Shown piece by piece: positions 50,326 through 60,475 of a stretch of 60,475 nucleotides of DNA. The position numbers were made by a program, and so were the translations under genes. Origin of the DNA: Octopus bimaculoides (lineage: Eukaryota); contig NC_068988.1 of assembly GCF_001194135.2 (NCBI RefSeq), positions 54,507,040 to 54,567,514 on the forward strand, given 5' to 3'. The first letter of the stretch is position 1; each line of letters begins with the position of its first letter. The notes beneath the pieces are model-generated. The model had not been told where the DNA came from and ran no database searches. It saw only the letters and a program-made list of their open reading frames with translations.

Positions 50326-50580
50326 CCTTTCTACTAGAGGCCTATATTATCAACCCTGAAAGGAAGGGTTTCAAATTTTTTGCACAAAACCAGCAATTTT
50401 TAGAGGAGGAATAAATCAATTACATCAACCTCAGTATTCAACTGGTACTTATTTTATTGACCCTGAAAAGATGAAAAGCAAAGTCAACCTTGGCAGTATT
50501 TGAACTCAGAATGTAAAGAGCTGGAAAAAATGTTGCTAAGCATTTTGTCCAATGCATTAACAGTTCAGCAAACTCATCAT
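50326..50580 (-). mobile_element. SINE family C (plus a partial duplicate)
   Basis: Core block present; (AAT)n at 50305-25. Confidence 0.82.
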
Positions 50581-50961
50581 AACAATAATATGTCTGTGTG
50601 TATATGTATCTACAAATGATTTGTGTATGTATATGCATGTGTATATTCTTGTATGAATATGTTTATGTATGATGTCTTTTTGACAACTTGATTAGTGCCT
50701 GTGTCAAGAAAAGCAGATTCATCCGTTCACAAATGGATGCATTTGTATATACAAATGTATGCACACGCACACGTACACACACCCATATACACAGTCGATC
50801 ATGACTGCGTAAATGTGTGCATAGGTGCACATTCAGAGAGAAAGAGCAGCAAAATGTTACTTAAAGATTTAGGTCATTATAATTATAGAATTATTGTCTT
50901 AAGTAAAAGAAAATGTGTTAAAACAAATTATTTTGATGTCCTTTAAGTCACTATACGCATG

Positions 50962-51055
<94 letters not shown>

Positions 51056-51145
51056 ATGTCTGCCTCTCCGTCTCTGTTTCTTTATCTTCTCTTTCTCTCT
51101 CTCTCTCACACACACAGATAGATTAAGAAATAGAAAAACAGAACT

Positions 51146-51378
51146 TTAACCCTAAAGCATTTAAGCAGGTCATATCTACCAAATTATTCTACCTGTTTTA
51201 TATTCAAAACAGCCAGATCCAACCCCTCACACCTACCCTACAATGTTCTTCTAGAAATAAACAATCACTTTATCAAAAGCTCAAAGTTATGTGATACTGC
51301 ATGATTAACGCAAAACAATGTGAATAAATAAGCATTACATTCGACAGAGTAATCTGAATGTGAATGCTAAAGGGTTAA
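51146..51378 (-). mobile_element. piggyBac-type MITE (family G)
   Basis: TTAA|CCCTAAAGCATT...AATGCTAAAGGG|TTAA. Confidence 0.92.
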
Positions 51379-51761
51379 ATAGATAAGAAAACCCTTAATC
51401 CCAAAAAGATTAAGTTCTTGTTTGAATGTTAATAATAAATATGTTTTTCATAAAGGTATTTCACTTACAATTTTGTAAATATACTTTTAGAAATAAGCAG
51501 TGTCTTAGAAAGTACATAGGTTTGTTGTGAATAACCTACTTGACTGTGTATGTTAACTGCTTGTAGTTCTTCGGGCTTAAAGTTAAAAACTTTAGGGCTA
51601 CTGATAGTTGTATAAATAGATGAATAGACTGATGAATAATAATTAGTACTAGGAGTAATAGATATACAGCTAGACAGTAACAAAAAAGATACATAGACAT
51701 ATAGGCTGGGTTTAATTATGCAGAACTTACACATATGTATATATGTGCATATATATATATA

Positions 51762-51792
<31 letters not shown>

Positions 51793-52599
51793 GTGCTGTT
51801 TCAGTAAGTTGTGTATAGTAATTAGAGCCTAAATAACAAGCAAATAATTGAGTGAATAAATAATGAAAGAAGGTTCCAGAAAACTGGTGACGCCAGAGTA
51901 GCAAATGTGGGCAGAAACACACCTCTTGGTCTGCATCAGAGAAAGGAATGCAGTGAAGGTGGAGTAAATGAAGAAGAGGAAGCAGCACATTCCTTCTATT
52001 TCGTTTCACTGAGAGAAGGAAAGAAAAAAAATAACACATACACACACACACACACATACTGTTGCTTGTTGTAGTCTGTTTCCCTTATTTTCTCTCTCTT
52101 CAAACTTGTTTCTCAACCTCCGGATAACCAGTTATTTCCTTTTCTTTTTTTTTTTAAGATAAGTAATTTTTTGGAAAATTATTGCATTTTTGACATCAAA
52201 AAAAATAAAAGAAAGAATCTGTGTGTAAAATAGTTCAGTACTTGTCATTCTTCAAGGGAAGCATCATTGTCTCTTTATGTGTCTTTCTCTGCTACAGTAA
52301 CAAATGTTGACATCAAACAAAATGGAAATTACCATTCAGGTTAACGGCAAAAAGGTAAGGTTACTGGTTTATTTGAATAACAGTGGTGATGGTGGTGGTG
52401 GTGGTGGCGGCTCTACTATTTAATAGCAGTAGTGGTGGCCTTTTGATTTCGGTCTCGGTCTTAGTCAGTCGGCTACCAGTTCTTGACAACCGGTTCTCTT
52501 ACTTCTGCATTCTGTATTAATTAATTAATCAGCTAATTCTAACATAAATCAATTCACAATATTGCCAGCATAATCTTTACACATTTTATATCCATCATG

Positions 52600-52875
52600 C
52601 TTATATCTCATGATTTTATTTAATGCTTATAAATAGTTTATATTTCATGTATATATATAATGCTTATTAGAGTTTATATTTCATGACTAGATTTAGAGCT
52701 TATAAACAATTACATTTCATGGTTATATTTAACGCTTCTAAGAGTTTATATTTCATGGATACATTTAATATTTATTAAGAGTTTATATTTCATGGCTATT
52801 TGATGCTTATAAACATGGTTATCTTTCATGGTTATATTTAATGCTTATCAAGAGTTGATATTTCATGCATATTAA
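52600..52875. repeat. Degenerate ~37-bp minisatellite (about 7-8 units)
   Basis: Recurrent ttatatttcatgg.tatatttaatgcttat.aagagt. Confidence 0.85.
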
Positions 52876-53246
52876 ATGGGTATCTGTCAGAATCATATTT
52901 TTATATTTTAAGTAATATTAATCTTATAAATGATTATTTGTTGGGATTATATTTTTATGCTTTTATGTAATATTAATCTAATGAGTAAATGAAAATACAC
53001 TGCTGGTAAGTTGAGATTACAACTTGGTTTCAAATCTAGAATGAAGACATTTCATGTCACTTTCACTGCTAAAAATCTCATATTTTGTTTTACACATAAA
53101 CATGTTTTCAACTTCTCCTTTCAACTAACTCCCTAATGCACACATGGGTAAGTACACATATATGTTTACAAATTTGTATGAATAATAAACATTGACATAT
53201 GCACATATTCACATTTGAGATGCGTTTGTGTATGTTTATGCATGCA

Positions 53247-53335
<89 letters not shown>

Positions 53336-53345
53336 ACATAAATAA

Positions 53346-53388
<43 letters not shown>

Positions 53389-53729
53389 TATATATATATA
53401 CCTACATAAATACATATATATACATATATATGTATGCATGATTATACAGACATATATATATATGTATGTATTATATAAATATATATATATATATCATCAC
53501 CATCGTTTAACGTCTGCCTTCCATGATAGCATGGTATGTATATGTAGGTGTGTGTGTGTGTGTGTGTGTATACACATATACATATACACATACAAACATA
53601 CATGCATATACATATATACACTCATGCATATATATGTGTGTGTACAAATATATGCATATGGAGCTACAGCAAGGCCACAGTAAAATGACTGAAACAACTG
53701 AAAGAATTAAAGAACATATATATGTATGC

Positions 53730-53768
<39 letters not shown>

Positions 53769-53806
53769 AATTTATATGTGCGTGTATATATATATATATT
53801 TATTTA

Positions 53807-53856
<50 letters not shown>

Positions 53857-54045
53857 TAAATAAATTTATGTGTGTGTGTATGCTTGTGTCCCAAACAGTT
53901 TCCAAACATAAATACTGATAGTATTTCATAAAGAAGAGCAACAATAGGGAATGTAGTCACCTGGGCTGTTGCAGAATTGTGACTGTCACTGCCCATGTCA
54001 CATCTACCTTAAGCCATCACAAGCATGCAACCTGTGGAAGTGGCA

Positions 54046-54300
54046 GGAAAGATCTTTATCTTTATTAGAAATATTTGGTGAAGTTCTATAATTTATGTTC
54101 AATGTGATAAAACATCAGATATGTACTGGGAACAGAGGTGAGTTCTTGAAAGAAGGGCTCTTGCCCCTAAATAGTTCAGGGGAAGGGCCATTCTTCCAAA
54201 AACTCACCTCTGTTCCCTGCACACATCTAATGTTTTATCACATTGAATATAAATTATAGAATTTCCACCAAATATTTCCAATAAAGATAAAGATCTTTCC
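54046..54300. repeat. 255-bp hairpin (two ~123-bp inverted arms, 9-nt loop)
   Basis: 54046-54168 is the approximate reverse complement of 54178-54300; a third copy lies at 55858-55980. Confidence 0.92.
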
Positions 54301-54434
54301 GGAGTCATATAGACTCATAGAGTCAGTTTCCGGGTTTTCATGGTATATATATTTACTCTCTGGGTGGTACACCAGTCCATTGCAGAATTACAGTAATCGC
54401 TCACCATATCACTGTTCACCTATCATAGTTTATA

Positions 54435-54643
54435 CTTTTCTACTCAAGGCACAAGGCCTGAAATTTTGAGGGTGGGGGCCAGTTGATTAGATCAGCCCCA
54501 GTACACAACTGGTACTTAATTTGTCGACCCCGAAAGGACGAAAGGCAAAGTCGACTTCAGTGGAATTTGAACTCGGAATGTAAAGACAGACAAAATACCG
54601 CCAAGCATTTCGCCCGGCATGCTAACGATTCTGCCAGCTCGCC
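54435..54643 (-). mobile_element. SINE family C, full length, CpG-rich
   Basis: Similarity to 36146-36360. Confidence 0.93.
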
Positions 54644-55037
54644 GTCTTGTGGAAGTATTTTATTGACACAAATATACATTGTATCTCAACCATTGCAATA
54701 GTAACAACTATTGCTCTTTTTTTTTTTTTTTTGTGGTTCTAAGAATTTCTTGCAAATGAATTTGATTATAGTGAATGAAGCATGGACAGAACTGCATTCA
54801 CTTTCCAATAGAAATTGAATGAACTTCAGGTTTGGTATCAGTGTATCCATCATTGGAGAGATGGTCTGACATGAAATAAGAGGCCAACACTCTGAAATTG
54901 GTCTGAAAGCACGTATTTTTCTCTTCTCGAGTAATTTTACATGCACGCATTCATGTCAATGTATGCGTGTGTGTATGTGTGCATATATGTATGTATACAT
55001 GTATGTGTATGTATGTATGCATGTATTAGAGACATAG

Positions 55038-55870
55038 GTGGAGATATGTGGCCTAGTGGTTAGGGCGTTAGACTCATGATCATAAGATTGTGGTTTGGAT
55101 TCCTGGACAAGGCAATGTGTTGAGTTCTTGAGCAAAACACTTCATTTCACATTGCTCCAGTCCACTCAGCTGGCAAAAATGAGTAATCCCTCAGCCATAA
55201 CAAGTGTTACATTCCAAAACCCCACAGCGATAGGTGAAAGTCTGCAAAGAAACAGTACTGTGCTGTATAATTTTTTTATTATTTTCATAATTTACATTTT
55301 TTACTTTTTTACTTGGAGCACCGCCTTTAGTCGAGTAAATCGACCCCGGGACTTATTCTTTGTAAGCCTAGTACTTATTCAATCGGTCTCTTTTGCTGAA
55401 CCGCTAAGTGAAGGGGACATAAACACACCAGCATCGGTTGTCAAGCAATGCTAGGGGGACAAACACAGACATAAAAACACACACACACACACACACATTT
55501 ATATATACATATATACGACAGGCTTCTTTCAGTTTCCGTCTACCAAATCCACTCACAAGGCTTTGATCGGCCCAAGGCTATAGTAGAAGACACTTGCCCA
55601 AGATGACACGCAGTGGGACCGAACCCGGAACCATGTGGTTGGTAAGCAAGCTACTTACCACACAGCCATGCAAAACAACATCATGGAAGAATCAACGTAA
55701 GCTTAATTAATAGACCACGATAGGTGAACTGCGACAGGTGAACCACAATATGGCAAGAGATTACTGTAATTCTGCAATGGACTGGTGTACCATCAGCAGA
55801 GTAAGCATATACACCATGGAAACCCGGAATCTGACTCTATGAATCTATATGTCTCAAGAAAGATCTTTAT
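55038..55870 (+). mobile_element. SINE family D split by a Tigger-type MITE (about 55182-55766), which is itself split by a family A SINE (55300-55670, minus)
   Basis: The D 5' part ends aaaaatgagta; agtaatccctc is the left TIR; gagattactg|TA is the right TIR; the D 3' module resumes with attctgcaatggactgg. Confidence 0.85.
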
Positions 55871-56166
55871 CCTTGTTGGAAATATTTGGTGAAGTTCTAT
55901 AATTTATATTCAATGTGATAAAACATCGGATATGTGCAGGGAATAGAGGTGAGTTCTTGGAAGAAGAGCCCTTCCTCTAAAATATTTAAACTTACCCCTT
56001 CTTATAAAATACACATTTGTCCCTAACTAAATGGTTTATTAATTTTATTGATTTATTTTTATTGCTTCTGCTCATCACTGCTTTCCTTAGATTCTTGCTG
56101 TTTATCGTCTCTAGATAGGAAGCGCATAACTTTGCCTAAAAACAGCTTTTCAAAACATATAAACAC

Positions 56167-56214
<48 letters not shown>

Positions 56215-56544
56215 AACACCTAGAGATACAGAAACACACATAACATGTCATTCTCTCTCTCTCTCCCTCACACACATACACACACACAAACTTGGAAAAC
56301 ATATGCTTGTCTGTCAAAGTGTATGCATCACTGGAATCAACATTTGAATGGAATTACCACTAAATTATTTTACTGTTTTTCTAGTTGACACCATTTGTTA
56401 ATGCTGGGGTCATATATAGTGATGGTGGAGTGAAAGAGAGAGACAGAGACAGACAGAGACAGACAGAGAGACAGAGACACAGAGAGACAGAGACACAGAG
56501 AGACAGAGAGACAGAGACACAGAGAGACAGAGACACAGAGAGAG

Positions 56545-56575
<31 letters not shown>

Positions 56576-57420
56576 AAGGGCTGAGAGAGAGAACGAGTGT
56601 ATGTGTGGTGGGGGACGTGGTAGACTGACAGATAAACTGATTGAGATGGAAAAAGGGAAAGTGAAAGAAAGAAGCTGACAGCGATGGTGAGAGAGTCAGA
56701 GAGAGGGGGAGAGAGAGAGAACGAGAAACAAAAGATAAGAGCGAGAGAGAGAGAAAGCGAGAGACAAATTGAGTGTGAGAGGGAATGATACAAAACTAAC
56801 CAAGACAGTTGGACAGATAATTACATAGAGAAATATACATGCAAAGATCCTTCGACACATCGTAACTTACATAGATGGATGCATCCGCACACACGTACGC
56901 ACGCACACACACTCACATACACACACACAATAGAAGGAAAGGGAATATGAGTAGGTAGATAAAAAAAAATATACAGATACAAAGAAATTGAAGTGACATA
57001 GAAAGTTAGAGAAACACAGAAAATGAGTGGGGGGGGGGGAGAGAAAGAGAGAGACTGTTGAATGTTGTCTTATGTAACCATATAGAACAGATGTCGCCTA
57101 GCGTTAACTCACTTCCTATTTCTCTGCTGCACAGACAGACATCTCAGTAACATTTCAAGACAAGACGTCTTCTGTCACATCTTACTTGTTTAACAGTAAC
57201 TTTTCTTCGGGCAATATGCCAGCCTAAGAGATATTAAGCACACACTAACCAAGATTGGTAAAGAGATCAATGACAATTAAATTTAAGAAGAAACCATTTC
57301 TACAATCTTCCAAATCAGGATTTGCATGTGTTCAAAATATTATTTGAAAGGAATTAAAAATACTTCAAATGCAAAGAACTGTATGTATGAATTTATGTAT
57401 GTGTGTGTGTGTATATATAT

Positions 57421-57585
57421 CGCTTGACAACCGATGCTGGTGTGTTTACGTCCCCGTAACTTAGCGGTTCAGCAAAAGAGACCGATAGAACAAGTACTAG
57501 GCTTACAAAGAATAAGTCCTTGGGTCGACTAAAAGGCGGTGCTCCAGCATGGCCACAGTCAACTGACTGAAACAAGTAAAAGAGA
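57421..57585 (+). mobile_element. SINE family A, 3' half only
   Basis: cgcttgacaaccgatgctggtg...gactgaaacaagtaaaaga. Confidence 0.92.
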
Positions 57586-57686
57586 ATATATATATATTTT
57601 TTTATTATATGTATTTATTTTCTCCTAATTAAATTTCACCAGCATGACCGCAGCCACTTGGCTGAAACACATAAATAAATAATAAA

Positions 57687-57766
<80 letters not shown>

Positions 57767-58462
57767 AATTTAAATTATAAGGTGAAAAATTTANNNNNNN
57801 NNNNNNNNNNNNNNNNNNNNNNNNNNNNNNNNNNNNNNNNNNNNNNNNNNNNNNNNNNNNNNNNNNNNNNNNNNNNNNNNNNNNNNNNNNNNNNNNNNNN
57901 NNNNNNNNNNNNNNNNNNNNNNNNNNNNNNNNNNNNNNNNNNNNNNNNNNNNNNNNNNNNNNNNNNNNNNNNNNNNNNNNNNNNNNNNNNNNNNNNNNNN
58001 NNNNNNNNNNNNNNNNNNNNNNNNNNNNNNNNNNNNNNNNNNNNNNNNNNNNNNNNNNNNNNNNNNNNNNNNNNNNNNNNNNNNNNNNNNNNNNNNNNNN
58101 NNNNNNNNNNNNNNNNNNNNNNNNNNNNNNNNNNNNNNNNNNNNNNNNNNNNNNNNNNNNNNNNNNNNNNNNNNNNNNNNNNNNNNNNNNNNNNNNNNNN
58201 NNNNNNNNNNNNNNNNNNNNNNNNNNNNNNNNNNNNNNNNNNNNNNNNNNNNNNNNNNNNNNNNNNNNNNNNNNNNNNNNNNNNNNNNNNNNNNNNNNNN
58301 NNNNNNNNNNNNNNNNNNNNNNNNNNNNNNNNNNNNNNNNNNNNNNNNNNNNNNNNNNNNNNNNNNNNNNNNNNNNNNNNNNNNNNNNNNNNNNNNNNNN
58401 NNNNNNNNNNNNNNNNNNNNNNNNNNNNNNNNNNNNNNNNNNNNNNNNNNNNNNNNNNNNNN

Positions 58463-58505
<43 letters not shown>

Positions 58506-58546
58506 TGCATATCTGTGTATATAAGGATGTATGTGTGTGTATGGTT

Positions 58547-58830
58547 AGAGCGGCTACCTTCTTTTTTTGTCGCGACCCACTGAAGGATCGGGACCTACAG
58601 TGTGAAAAAAGCTGGCTTAGTGGTGTAGGATGTTGGGCTCAGGATCGTAAGATTGCGGGTTTTGATTCCTGGACCAGACAATGAGTTGTATTCTTGAGCA
58701 AAAACTTCATTTCTCATTACTCCAGTCCACTCAACTGGCAAAAATGAGTAATCTGGCGACAAACCAGCGTCATATCTAATATATATGCCACACAAACTGG
58801 CTTTATAGATCTCTAGTGGATCTTGCATGC
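58547..58830 (+). mobile_element. Small hAT/Charlie-like remnant (58547-58610) followed by a degenerate family D SINE
   Basis: gtcgcgacccac...ggatcgggacctacagtgtgaaaaaagctg, then the D head and core. Confidence 0.65.
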
Positions 58831-59468
58831 ATGAAGTGGATTCGATCCACCATAGCCAAATTTAAATTAACACTGCGACAGAACTTTTCCCACGTTGGAA
58901 CAATGGTTTTTCTCTGACAGCAGTTTTACATTTTCCAGATGCCTTTAGCTAGGCCGAAATAATGTCTTCACCACTTGACCACTTCAATTTTTTTTCTTTG
59001 TATAACAGATAGGTCATGCATTTTAACATATTTAAATATGAATGTCTACAGAAAGAAAAAAAAACAATATCATGAAGTACAATGCATGCATAATGCATAT
59101 GAACACACACATATATATATCTATATGCTAGAATAGTTTTGAATTTGTCATATCGCCAATAGGAAAATTCAGTCAAATAAAAGTGGTTTCCATTATTTTG
59201 TCCAACCAGTATACATACACACATACATATATACTTGTGTACACAATGACACCCACGCAAACTTTGCTTCCAATCATACATGTATACAGACATACAGACA
59301 CATACACGTGTTCACACACACAAACACATACTAGTGCAAGAAAACACAACTGTTAACTCCAGATCTATATAAACATATCTATATATGCAAACACATTCAA
59401 ACAAACACAAACCTCAATAAATGCATACAAAACCTCTTTCTCAACCCCCAACGCATTATCACACTCTT

Positions 59469-59508
<40 letters not shown>

Positions 59509-59699
59509 ATTACCAACACCACCATCACCACCTATGCCACTATCATCACCATCTCCACCACCCCTACACACGTAGACACAACTGTTACATCAGCTTACAC
59601 ACTCAAATGTTACATCAGCCATCAAAGGTTGCCTTTGAAGTGTAGTGGTGACACCATTGATCTGAGCTGGTAACTACGTAACAAGAGTTTGTCTCTGAT

Positions 59700-59880
59700 A
59701 AATAGTCAACAAATTGGTGGCTCAATGTCACATAAATAGCCAACGAAGAGACCACATCAGAAATACATAAATAGACCAACAAAGAGGTGATCTTAATAAT
59801 AATAAGTAGTCAACAATCAAATAAACTCGATATCACATGAATGATCAACAAAGAATTGACCTCTATGTCACATGAATGAG
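59700..59880. repeat. Very degenerate ~35-bp tandem repeat (about 5 units)
   Basis: Recurrent aatag.caacaaa...tcaca(t/c)(a/g). Confidence 0.6.
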
Positions 59881-60025
59881 CCTCTGAAATTTCGTAGACT
59901 TATTGATTCTATCTACTATTTCTTTTATCCCACTCACTCACACCCCGTCTATCCTTTACTCCTTCTTTGTCGTATCTGTCAACATACTTATGATTGATTA
60001 AATTATATATGAATAGCATACGTCG

Positions 60026-60057
<32 letters not shown>

Positions 60058-60115
60058 GGAGGAGGGGAGGGATGGGGAGAGAACTATATAGCTATGTATA
60101 TATATATATATATAT

Positions 60116-60475
60116 AACGACTGCAACAACACTTGCAACCTGACAGGGTGTATAGTGGGTAGCATGGATGTGGTATCACTATACCGATCTATCGACGTGG
60201 ATTTTGCAGTGGAAAAGTGCGTGGAGATGATCAACGAGAGCGAAGTAGAGTTCCAAAAAGTCAACACAGAAGAACTGGGCCGCCTACTTAGATTGACATA
60301 TGACGATGTATATCTAGATAGATACGACCTTAGAAATTTCTGCCCTAGTAGACGTCTAAGAGGTAGACCACCCACAATTACCTCTATGGCTAGGAAGACC
60401 CCTATAGAGAGATGGAGTGGATGGACCAGAGCCATACGGACCCCCACTAATATCCACCAGGTAAAGAAAATGATC
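60116..60475 (+). mobile_element. 5'-truncated Penelope-like element reverse transcriptase (open frame, runs off the window)
   Basis: 120 codons with no stop: ...IVGSMDVVSLYRSIDVDFAVEKCVEMINESEVEFQKVNTEELGRLLRL...FCPSRRLRGRPPTITSM...RWSGWTRAIRTPTNIHQVKKMI. D-V-x-S-L-Y is the PLE RT motif A; directly preceded by (TA)n. Confidence 0.82.

Noticed and set aside
51920-52008. Strong minus-strand acceptor (ttttctttccttctctcAG) followed by a hydrophobic MCCFLFFIYSTF... peptide
   Set aside because: The acceptor could be a chance purine run on +, the donor is weak, and the phase is not compatible with the neighbouring candidates.
52304-52354. ITIQVNGKK resembling the VQVNGK motif of leucyl-tRNA synthetase
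   Set aside because: Too short, it would sit at an N-terminus, and no other synthetase sequence is nearby.

Overview
This window is AT-rich, repeat-saturated eukaryotic DNA with many N-gaps. The SINE, MITE and microsatellite content is typical of an octopod cephalopod (Octopus sp.); this is my inference, not a database hit. No host protein-coding gene is firmly supported, and almost all listed ORFs are microsatellite or N-gap artefacts. The window looks intronic or intergenic, with a few weak candidate short exons. Recognisable content: (i) dozens of tRNA-headed SINE copies in at least four families, which I label A-D locally; they share and swap modules and several have clear 11-15 bp TSDs. 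(ii) Decayed LINE pieces: RTE ORF2 and 3' UTRs, a CR1 3' end, and a restriction-like-endonuclease R4/Dong-type fragment. (iii) DNA-transposon derivatives: a TTAA-flanked piggyBac-type MITE in five copies, a TA-flanked Tigger/pogo-type MITE, hAT-type MITEs, a foldback element and a mariner remnant. (iv) Penelope-like element (PLE) material: an uninterrupted 120-codon RT fragment at the right edge and four terminal-repeat remnants carrying minimal hammerhead-ribozyme-like motifs. The most interesting signals are the hammerhead-like motifs (two with the same non-canonical U at core position 6), a 74-bp palindrome centred on a hammerhead stem III, a direct/inverted/direct local triplication with nested insertions at 54-56 kb, and head-to-tail and head-to-head SINE clusters. 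Family labels and superfamily assignments come from motif recognition only.
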